Source: an uncultured Bacilli bacterium (GTDB taxonomy: Bacteria > Bacillota_I > Bacilli_A > RFN20 > CAG-826). From it: a DNA stretch of 64,000 nucleotides. A program made the position numbers and the translations under genes. Numbering within the stretch: the stretch's first letter is position 1; each line of letters begins with the position of its first letter. The stretch lies in the NCBI GenBank assembly GCA_944369075.1, contig CALVXK010000003.1, positions 30,876 to 94,875 on the forward strand. The letters are read 5' to 3'. Positions 19,584 through 27,853 of the stretch are shown one piece after another. The notes under the pieces are model-generated. The model saw only the letters and a program-made list of their open reading frames with translations. It was not told the origin of the DNA and searched no databases.

Positions 19584-20486
19584 TTATTTTCTTCTTTTAG
19601 AGTTAAAGATTCTATCAAAAAAATTGAATGATTTAGAAATAACAGATTTATTTTGATAAAGTTTTTCGATGTCGTTTTTCATTTCATTTGCTGATTTATA
19701 TCTTAAAGATAAATCTTTATTAGTTGCTTTAAAAACAATATCTTCTGTTTCTTTTGGAAGAGAAACCATAAAACTTAAAGGAGAAGGAATATCATATTTT
19801 ATATGGGCGATTGCTATTTTATTAATGTTATCTTCATCTCCTTTATTCATAAAAGGTAAACATCCTGTTAAAAGTTCTAAAAAAGTCACACCAGCACTAT
19901 AAATATCACTTTGTTCGTTAGCTTTTGCTCCTTTTATAACTTCAGGCGCCATATAATGAACTGTTCCAACAACTTTTTTATATTCATCAATTCCCATTTT
20001 CGAACCTTTAATTATAGAAATACCAAAATCTGAAACTTTAGCAATTCCATCAGTTCCATAAAAGATATTTTGAGGTTTAATATCACGGTGAATAATACCT
20101 TTTTGATGCATAAAAGCTAAAGCAGATAAAACTTGAATCATAATTTGACAAGATTCAGCTAAAGAAAAATAACCTTTAAAGTTTAAAGCATCTTTTAAAG
20201 TTTGACCTTTTTGGAATTCATTTACGATAAAAGCTTGTCCTTTATATTTACCATAATTATAAATTTTAACAATGTTTGGGTGATATAAAGATGATGCAAT
20301 ACGGGCTTCATTTTCAAATCTAATTTGATTTTCACGAATATTCATCGAAGCCTCATTTAAAATCTTTATCGCGACAATTCTTTTCATTATAATGTCATGA
20401 GCCTCATAAACATCGCTCATCCCACCATGTCCTAAAAAAGCTCTTACTTTATATCTATCATCAATCATGTCCGAGATATTAATCAT
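19584..20486 (-). CDS. Hanks-type Ser/Thr protein kinase, kinase domain only
   Basis: GHGGMSDVYEA...VAIK, HRDIKPQN and DFGIS motifs are present. The start is set at the ATG at 20486, which overlaps the PP2C stop as ATGATTAA. About 300 aa, with no TM or PASTA region. Confidence 0.85.
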   Translation of the reverse strand: MINISDMIDDRYKVRAFLGHGGMSDVYEAHDIIMKRIVAIKILNEASMNIRENQIRFENEARIASSLYHPNIVKIYNYGKYKGQAFIVNEFQKGQTLKDALNFKGYFSLAESCQIMIQVLSALAFMHQKGIIHRDIKPQNIFYGTDGIAKVSDFGISIIKGSKMGIDEYKKVVGTVHYMAPEVIKGAKANEQSDIYSAGVTFLELLTGCLPFMNKGDEDNINKIAIAHIKYDIPSPLSFMVSLPKETEDIVFKATNKDLSLRYKSANEMKNDIEKLYQNKSVISKSFNFFDRIFNSKRRK

Positions 20487-21234
20487 TATTTGACTCCCAT
20501 AAAATTGCAGAAATATTATCGCTTCCACCATTAAAGTTAGCTAAACTAACCAAAGAATTAATCTTTTCATCAACCGTATTTTTATTATTCAAAGTAGCTT
20601 CAATATCTTTTTTATCAACATTATTATAAAGTCCATCGCTACAAAGAAAAACGCTTTCTCCGTGATATTCATAAATATTAATATCAAAAGAAACAGTTGG
20701 GAAAAGCCCAATTGCATTAATTAAATAATGTTTTTTAGGATGAGTTTCGGCTTCTTTGCTACTTATCTGTCCTGATCTTAAAAGATAATTTACATAAGTT
20801 TGATCTTCTGTTTTTTGTACTAGCTTTCCATCAACTAAAAAATAGCATCTAGAATCGCCAGCATTTAAAATAATAATCTTATCTTTATGAATTAAAGCTA
20901 AACATAAAGTTGTTCCACATCCTTTATAATTTTCATCAAAATCTTGAGTTCTAAAAATATATTTATTTATGGCTTTAACTTCTTTTATTAACCAGAAATA
21001 TGCGTTAAGTACTGAAAGAAATTTATCTTTAGCTTTAAAATCTCTTTCTAAAAATTCTTTAATTGTTTCTGAGGCAAAATCACCTTTTTTATGTCCACCC
21101 ATTCCATCAGCAACAAAAAGCAAAACATCATTTGAAAAATTAACGAAGCCCATAACTTGATCTTCGTTTGTTTTTCTAATCTTTCCAATATCACATTTAT
21201 AGGCAAAAATGCCGTTATACTTATTTCTTTTCAT
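20479..21234 (-). CDS. PP2C-family Ser/Thr phosphatase (Stp/PrpC)
   Basis: NEDQ, ADGMGGH and GGSDNIS motifs are present, and the gene is paired with the kinase. Confidence 0.88.
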   Translation of the reverse strand: MKRNKYNGIFAYKCDIGKIRKTNEDQVMGFVNFSNDVLLFVADGMGGHKKGDFASETIKEFLERDFKAKDKFLSVLNAYFWLIKEVKAINKYIFRTQDFDENYKGCGTTLCLALIHKDKIIILNAGDSRCYFLVDGKLVQKTEDQTYVNYLLRSGQISSKEAETHPKKHYLINAIGLFPTVSFDINIYEYHGESVFLCSDGLYNNVDKKDIEATLNNKNTVDEKINSLVSLANFNGGSDNISAILWESNND

Positions 21235-22264
21235 TTTTTGCTCTCAATTGCCCACATGCAGCATCAATATCAGTTCCAAATTCCTTTCTAATTGTAGCTG
21301 TAACACCACATTTTGTTAAGGTATCCAAAAAATCATGTACTGATTTCTCATCACTTCTTTGATATACAAGTTCTTTAATTGGATTATATGGAATTAAATT
21401 TACATAGGCTAAAGTTCCTTTGATTAACTTAGCAAGTTCTTTAGCGTTTTCTTTAGAATCATTTAATCCTTTTAATAAAATATATTCAAAAGTAACTCTT
21501 CTTCCAGCTTCTTTTTCGTAATATTTAACTGCCGACATAAGTTCATCCATAGGGTATTTCTTGGATATTGGCATAATTTTATTACGAATTTCGTCATTTG
21601 GGGCATGTAAAGATATTGCTAAATTAATTTGTAAACCTTCCTTAGCATATCTTCTTATTCCTTCAACAAGTCCACAAGTTGAAACAGTTATATGTCTTGC
21701 TCCAATGGCAAAACCATAAGGATGATTTAATATACGTACAAAATCCAAGACATTATCGTAGTTATCGAAAGGTTCGCCAGTTCCCATTACAACAATATGA
21801 GTAACTCTTTTATTAGGATCTTCTTCTTTTAATAAATCATCTAAAACTAAAACTTGGCCAACCATTTCAGATGTTTCTAAGTTCCTAGTTTTCTTTAAAA
21901 ATCCTGAAGCACAAAATGCACAACCCATGTTGCAACCAACTTCACTAGAAACACAAGCTACATTTCCATAGTTATATCGCATTAAAACAGTTTCAACTAA
22001 AGCGCCATCTTCCATTTGAAGTAATAACTTAATTGTTCCGTCACTACTTACTTGTTTTTTAAAAATAGTCGGTTTATTTAAGTTAAAATCTTTCTTTAAA
22101 ACTTCCCTAAAAGAAGCAGAAATATCGCTCATTTCATCAAAATTTGTAACTCTTTTTTCGTAAATCCATTTAAAAAGTTGAGTAGCGCGATACTTCTTTT
22201 GGAAATATTCGTTAACTAGTAATTCTTCAAGTTTTTCTATTTTAAAGTTATAAAGGTTAAACAT
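21221..22264 (-). CDS. rlmN: 23S rRNA/tRNA A2503 C2-methyltransferase (radical SAM)
   Basis: The CNMGCAFCASG radical-SAM cluster and the C-terminal ACGQL motif are present. Confidence 0.92.
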   Translation of the reverse strand: MFNLYNFKIEKLEELLVNEYFQKKYRATQLFKWIYEKRVTNFDEMSDISASFREVLKKDFNLNKPTIFKKQVSSDGTIKLLLQMEDGALVETVLMRYNYGNVACVSSEVGCNMGCAFCASGFLKKTRNLETSEMVGQVLVLDDLLKEEDPNKRVTHIVVMGTGEPFDNYDNVLDFVRILNHPYGFAIGARHITVSTCGLVEGIRRYAKEGLQINLAISLHAPNDEIRNKIMPISKKYPMDELMSAVKYYEKEAGRRVTFEYILLKGLNDSKENAKELAKLIKGTLAYVNLIPYNPIKELVYQRSDEKSVHDFLDTLTKCGVTATIRKEFGTDIDAACGQLRAKNEKK

Positions 22265-23532
22265 TATTTAATTCTCCTAATCAAAGCAAAATACAAAATC
22301 GAATTTTCTTCTTTAGTTGGAACATACATTCGTTGTAAGTCTAAAGAATAACTATCTTGATGTTTTTCAATAAAATCTTTTACAACATATGCAGTTTCAT
22401 TAAGATTCAAGGTTGGAACTATATAAAGTAGCACTCCATTAAATGCTAATTTTTTTGATAAAGAAACTAGTCCTTCTTTTTGATTTTTAATAAGTTCATC
22501 AAAAGAAGAAGGATCAAAAAATAACGAGTAATCAGGTTCTTTTCTAAATATTTCAAAATTAGAAGACTTAGGTGCATAAAGAATAAAATGTTGTTCTTCT
22601 TTAATTACATCACCAATTTGCTTCTCGCTAGAAGAAAAAGTTTTCACGTAATCAAAATTATATTCGTTAATAGTCGTAAAAAGTTTATTTTCTAATGGTA
22701 ATGAGGAGACAAAAGATAACTTGTTATTCTTATCGGCAAATTTTCTTAAAAAATCATAACAAACAGTGTCTTCGTCACCAATAAAACAAGTTAAATTTGA
22801 ATTAGTGTAATCTTCTACTTCATCTAAAACAAGTTGAGTTGCAAATTGAGAAGAATAGATTATTCCATCATGATATGCATCTTCTTTACGAATTGAATAA
22901 TCTAATAAAAATTCATAAAAATATGAATTAATTTTTTTATAATTTGAATTAGGTTTAAAGGATTTCATGTAGTTAACTGCCACAAATTGTCTAGGCATAG
23001 ATGAAATCTCATAAACAATTCTTAATCCATTAATACGACCATATTGCTTAGTTATAAGCTTAATAAGCCAGTCTGGCTTATTAAATCTTAAAGAATAGTA
23101 ACTAATACTTCCTTTTTTAACATCAAAAAATAGATAATTTCTTTTTTTAGAAATTACTTCTCTAATATACGTAATTTCGTTTTTTGTTAAAACATAACCT
23201 TTTTGAATAATAAAAGTCAAAAAAGATGTAAACATTGCATTAGCATCTTCTTTATGAGTAAAAGCATTATTTACATAAAGTAAACCTAATTTGATTAATT
23301 CATCGCTTTCTTTTGGAAATTTTAATAACTTTGATAAATGGCAAATTAAAAAATAATTACGGAAAAATAAAGAAGAGATACGAGCTATCTCAAGTTGATC
23401 GTATCTTGCTACGTCTTTAGTATACCTTTTAAATACATTCTTGAAAGGTTCACGATTTTTAAAGACTTCTTTTATAATGTTGGTTGAAGTTTCATATAAA
23501 TCCATAACGACAATTAATTTGCTTTTATTCAA
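22264..23532 (-). CDS. RsmB/Sun-like protein with degenerate catalytic motifs
   Basis: The NusB-like N-terminus, PDWLIKL...YG and the overall RsmB layout are in the syntenic rsmB slot. The SAM loop reads LTCFIGDEDT, motif IV reads YAPKSS and motif VI reads VPTLN, so neither catalytic Cys is present. The track start is TTG at 23532; the true start is uncertain. Confidence 0.6.
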   Translation of the reverse strand: MNKSKLIVVMDLYETSTNIIKEVFKNREPFKNVFKRYTKDVARYDQLEIARISSLFFRNYFLICHLSKLLKFPKESDELIKLGLLYVNNAFTHKEDANAMFTSFLTFIIQKGYVLTKNEITYIREVISKKRNYLFFDVKKGSISYYSLRFNKPDWLIKLITKQYGRINGLRIVYEISSMPRQFVAVNYMKSFKPNSNYKKINSYFYEFLLDYSIRKEDAYHDGIIYSSQFATQLVLDEVEDYTNSNLTCFIGDEDTVCYDFLRKFADKNNKLSFVSSLPLENKLFTTINEYNFDYVKTFSSSEKQIGDVIKEEQHFILYAPKSSNFEIFRKEPDYSLFFDPSSFDELIKNQKEGLVSLSKKLAFNGVLLYIVPTLNLNETAYVVKDFIEKHQDSYSLDLQRMYVPTKEENSILYFALIRRIK

Positions 23533-23590
23533 AAGCCTTTTACTTTTGAATAATTATAAGTTAGAAAACTAAATAATTAAATACTTGACA

Positions 23591-24067
23591 TTATTTATCT
23601 TTATTTTCTTTTTTGGCCTTTTCTAGTTTTTCCTCAAAACCTTCAAAAGCATTACCTAAATATATGTCTTCATTTGATGTTGTTTCATCTTCGCTTTCTT
23701 CGTAAAAATCAACAGAATTTTCTTCATCCATGTAACGTGGATAATCTTCATTTTCAAATTTATGATAGTTATCAATGGAAAAGTAATAGAAGATACATTC
23801 TAAATGAACTGTGACATTTTTAATATAATTTTCAATAATTTTATAAGCATCTTCTTCTAAGACACTAACTTTTTTTGGTGCATGAACTTCTACTAAAATT
23901 GAGTATGTATTTTGATCAACACCTTCATGAACATATAAACATTCAGGTGCAAAAAAATTTATTTCATCTTTAGAAATTTCATATAAATTTGCAAGTTTAG
24001 ATGTCATGTCTCTAGATAAATCATTTAATAAATAAGGATCAATCCCATAAACTTTTATTGTTATCAT
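23591..24067 (-). CDS. Hypothetical protein, tautomerase-fold DUF1904-like N-domain plus acidic tail (tentative)
   Basis: 158 aa behind the RBS AAGAGG. The N-terminal roughly 110 aa resemble the DUF1904 pattern from memory, and the C-terminal tail is E/D-rich. Confidence 0.35.
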   Translation of the reverse strand: MITIKVYGIDPYLLNDLSRDMTSKLANLYEISKDEINFFAPECLYVHEGVDQNTYSILVEVHAPKKVSVLEEDAYKIIENYIKNVTVHLECIFYYFSIDNYHKFENEDYPRYMDEENSVDFYEESEDETTSNEDIYLGNAFEGFEEKLEKAKKENKDK

Positions 24068-24127
24068 TTTCTTAGCCTCTTAAATTAACTACTTAATCAT
24101 ATAAGATTAAGACTTTAAAATCAAAGA

Positions 24128-26308
24128 TTATAAATCATAAGGATTTAGATCAACATATAGTCGAATATTTTTCAAATTTTGAAATTTAAATAATAATGAT
24201 TTTAAAACAATTTTTACCCCGTTTAAATGACTGGATTTAATTATAATATTATAAGAATAATATGATTTATATAAATTTTGTATTTTCGAAAGTGAAACAT
24301 GATCATTAATTAAAACTCTTACTAGTTCTCCTTCAATTCTTCGCGCTTCATTATACGCTTCATGAGCTATTTTAGAACAAACTTTTAAAGCAACTTGGTT
24401 TACAAAAGGTGGATAAAAATATTTATATCTTCTTTTAATTTCGAAATTATAAAAAGAATCATAATCATTATTAATAGCGTAGTTAATTACTTTATTATCT
24501 ACTTGATAAGTTTGAATAATTGCCTCTCCATCAATAAATCTTCCGCTTCTTCCAATAGTTTGAACTAATAAAGAGAAAGTATTTTCGTTTGCTTTATAGG
24601 AAGGAATATTAAGCATCGTATCAGCATTAATAATTCCAACAAGTGAAACATCTTTAAAATCATGACCTTTAGCAACAATTTGAGTTCCAATTAAGACTTG
24701 AACTTTTTTAGAATTAAAATCTTCTAAAACTTTTTGAATTTGATTTAACGTAGGAGTTTCATCGCTATCTAAAACAACATAATCCACTCCTTTAAATATC
24801 CTTTCAAATTCTTCTTTAACTTTTTCTATACCAAAGCCATTATAACTAATATTTATTGAACCACAGCTAGGGCAACGATGGCTAAATTTATGGTCATAAG
24901 AACAATGATGGCACATTAAATGGTCATTATTTTTATGATAAACAAGAGGTAAATTACAATTAGGACATTTAAAGACATATCCACAAGAATCGCATATTAA
25001 ACTAGAAGAATATCCTCTTTTGTTTATCATTAATATAATTTGCTCTTTCTTTTTAAGTTTTTCATAAATTTTATTTATTAGTAAATTAGAAAATACTGCT
25101 GATCCACTTGTAAAATTACTTTTTCTTTTAAAATCAATTAAAGAAACAAGGTTTTCTTTAGGATTAAAATATCTTTTATTTAATGTTTCTAATCGAATTT
25201 TTTTAGCTTTTGCTTTTGCCATTATGTCAATCGATGGAGTTGCGCTACCTAAAATTACTTTTGCTCCTTCTATACTACTCCTAAGTAAAGCAATATCTTT
25301 TGCATTATACGTTAAATCAAAATCTTGCTTATAAGATTCATCATGTTCTTCATCTATTATTATATATTTCAAGTTTTGAATAGGAGCAAAAATAGCACTT
25401 CTAGTTCCTACAACAATTCTAACTTTTCCATCAGCAATTTTACGATATTCATCATACCTTTCAGCTTGAGTCAAAGAAGAATGTAAAACTGCGATTTCTT
25501 CTTTAAAATAAGAAATAATATGTGAAATCATAAGTGGAGTTAATGCAACTTCAGGGACTAAAATTAAACTCCCCTTATTTTCTTTTAAAGCATCTTCAAT
25601 TAACTTAATATAAACTATTGTTTTTCCACTTCCAGTTACACCTTTAAGAAGAAAAATGTTTTCACGTGAGAAAATTATATCTTCTAAAACTGCCTTTTGT
25701 TCTTCACTAAGGTTAAGAATTTCATCATAATCAAAACTAGCTTTTGCTTGATAGCGATATTTTTCTTTTTCGATTAGACGAATTACATTTTTACTTATTA
25801 AATTGGTCAAGGTTTTAGATTCACCTATGTCATCATATTGAACTAATTTTGAATTTACGAATTTACTTAAAATTCGATCCTCAATTTTGTTTTCTGGAAT
25901 ATAGTTTTCATCGATTAATTCATAAAATTTAATATATTGTACTTTTGCTTTATTAATAAAAGACGTTTCACTCCTTAAAGATGGAGGTAGCATCGTATTT
26001 AAAACCCCAATCATTGTATAGAGGTATCTATCTTTTACTTTTTTTGCTAATAATAAAAGATTGTTATTAATAATTGGTTTTTCATCAATAATTTCACTTA
26101 TTTCTTTAACTTTAAAACCTAACTCTTTTTGTTTATTTTGCAAATCGTTAATTTCTTCGACTTTTAAAACGAATCCAACTAAAAATTGGCCATTAAAGTT
26201 TATCCTAACTCTAGAGCCAACAAAAACTTCTTTACTCGAATAATAAGTAAAATTTCTATCAAGTGATAAAACTTTATGTTCGGTTAAAACTGAAAGTAAA
26301 TAAATCAT
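24128..26308 (-). CDS. priA: Primosomal protein N' (replication restart helicase)
   Basis: Walker A GVTGSGKT, the DEEH box and the Cys-rich zinc region CDSCG...CPNC...CHHC...CPSCG are present. Confidence 0.93.
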   Translation of the reverse strand: MIYLLSVLTEHKVLSLDRNFTYYSSKEVFVGSRVRINFNGQFLVGFVLKVEEINDLQNKQKELGFKVKEISEIIDEKPIINNNLLLLAKKVKDRYLYTMIGVLNTMLPPSLRSETSFINKAKVQYIKFYELIDENYIPENKIEDRILSKFVNSKLVQYDDIGESKTLTNLISKNVIRLIEKEKYRYQAKASFDYDEILNLSEEQKAVLEDIIFSRENIFLLKGVTGSGKTIVYIKLIEDALKENKGSLILVPEVALTPLMISHIISYFKEEIAVLHSSLTQAERYDEYRKIADGKVRIVVGTRSAIFAPIQNLKYIIIDEEHDESYKQDFDLTYNAKDIALLRSSIEGAKVILGSATPSIDIMAKAKAKKIRLETLNKRYFNPKENLVSLIDFKRKSNFTSGSAVFSNLLINKIYEKLKKKEQIILMINKRGYSSSLICDSCGYVFKCPNCNLPLVYHKNNDHLMCHHCSYDHKFSHRCPSCGSINISYNGFGIEKVKEEFERIFKGVDYVVLDSDETPTLNQIQKVLEDFNSKKVQVLIGTQIVAKGHDFKDVSLVGIINADTMLNIPSYKANENTFSLLVQTIGRSGRFIDGEAIIQTYQVDNKVINYAINNDYDSFYNFEIKRRYKYFYPPFVNQVALKVCSKIAHEAYNEARRIEGELVRVLINDHVSLSKIQNLYKSYYSYNIIIKSSHLNGVKIVLKSLLFKFQNLKNIRLYVDLNPYDL

Positions 26309-26883
26309 TTACTTAATTTTAATTTATTTTCGATAATTTGTTTAATTTGTTTTGCACAATCTTCTGGAACAATGTTTGAAACAACAAAGTCATAATTACA
26401 TGCGAGTTTAAGTTCTTCTTTAGCTTTTTCTAATCTTTCTTTAATTTTACATTCGCACTCGCTTCTTCTTCCTCTAATTCTTTTTTCTAATTCCTCTAAA
26501 GAAGGACAAGTCAAAAAGATAGATATTTCGTCTTGTTTATGAAGATTTTTTAGTACTTGTCTAGCACCATTTGTTTCGATTTCAACTAAAACATTTTTAC
26601 CTTCATCTCTTAATTTATCGACATAAGTTCTTAAAGTTCCATACATGTTTCCGCAAAAATCTGTATACTCTAAAAACTCACCTTTATTTACTTTATCAAG
26701 AAATTCTTCTTTGCTAATAAAAAAATAATCGACACCATTAATTTCTCCAGCTCTAGGACATCTTGTTGTACAAGATACTGAGAAAGCAAGATTCAAAGAA
26801 GGATCTTTTAATAGATAACTTCTTACGGTGCCTTTTCCGACTCCACTTGGTCCACTTAATATAATTAGCAATCCCTTTTCCAT
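26305..26883 (-). CDS. gmk: Guanylate kinase
   Basis: The GPSGVGKGT P-loop and a GMP-binding pattern are present, in 192 aa. Confidence 0.92.
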   Translation of the reverse strand: MEKGLLIILSGPSGVGKGTVRSYLLKDPSLNLAFSVSCTTRCPRAGEINGVDYFFISKEEFLDKVNKGEFLEYTDFCGNMYGTLRTYVDKLRDEGKNVLVEIETNGARQVLKNLHKQDEISIFLTCPSLEELEKRIRGRRSECECKIKERLEKAKEELKLACNYDFVVSNIVPEDCAKQIKQIIENKLKLSK

Positions 26884-26957
26884 TCAAATATCATATTATT
26901 CTATTAAGACAATATCAAGCGTTAATTTGTCAATATTTAGCTCAAAAATATTAAAAC

Positions 26958-27749
26958 TTAATCAATTAAATTAAATTTTTTCAAAGCATTATATATTCCA
27001 TCATCTTCGATATTATCGGTAACAAAATAAGCATATTTTTTTGCTTCTTCTTTGCCATTACCTAAACAAATTCCGTATTTAACATATTTAAACATAGGAA
27101 TATCGTTTAAATCATCTCCAAAAGCCATAATTTCGTTTCGATCAAATTTAGCTGCATTAATTACCGCTTTAATTCCTTCATCTTTACTAAATTCTTTTAA
27201 AGTAATTTCGACATTATTGTCAGTGAAACGGTTATAAAATAAGTTATTTTTAACTACAAAATCTTTTAATTCTTTTTCTTCGTTTTCATAAAGAAAAACT
27301 TATATTGCTAAAACATTTTCTCCCTTATAACTAGAAATATCTAAAGGAAATGGTTCATAAAAAACTTTATAAAAATCATCGACTATATCTTTATTTTTGA
27401 TTTTTATAAAAGTTTTATATTTTGTAATTAAAAGATAAGAAAAGTTAGTTTTATCTAAAAAAGTTAAAAAGTCATGTTTTAAAGAGCCAGAAAAAGTATA
27501 AGAATAAATTTCTTTATTATTATACGAAGCAAGCCCTCCATTTGAAGTAACAAACCCATCAAAAGGAATTAGTTCAAATGCTTTTAAATTTTTTAAAGCA
27601 TAGTAACTTCTTGCCGAATTTATAATTAATTTAACCCCTTTTTTATGAACTTCATTTAATCCTTCAAGAGCTTTAAAGTTATAATTTCTAACTTTATGAT
27701 CAAATAAAGTCCAATCAAAATCTAAAAATATCGCTCTAATTTCATTCAT
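26958..27749 (-). pseudogene. Cof-type HAD phosphatase, disrupted (in-frame TAA plus a +1 frameshift)
   Basis: The N-terminal half carries the FLDFDWTLF (DxD) motif and ends at the TAA at 27302..27300. The same frame continues VFLYENEEK...IMAFGDDLNDIPMF...GICLG, then hits TAA at 27059..27057 after a GGG run (27062..27060). Dropping one G restores GNGKEEAKKYAYFVTDNIEDDGIYNALKKFNLID, ending at the stop 26958..26960. Confidence 0.8.
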
Positions 27750-27853
27750 AACTTTATACTAAATTTTGAATAAACTAATTTCAAACAATTTTGATAAAAA
27801 TAATCAAAGTTTTTTACTATCTTCTTAAACAAACAATTATTATAATAAACTAT

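Noticed and set aside
27791-27853. The track gives N-terminal extensions on several ORFs: 27791, 32589, 17983 and 46777 begin at TTG, while 53921, 36956, 4297, 1231, 20531 and 57566 begin at upstream ATGs.
   Set aside because: The extensions are non-conserved, hydrophobic or junk-like. They often overlap the neighbouring gene or promoter. An internal ATG, either behind a proper RBS or starting the conserved protein N-terminus, fits better. Coordinates were trimmed accordingly.
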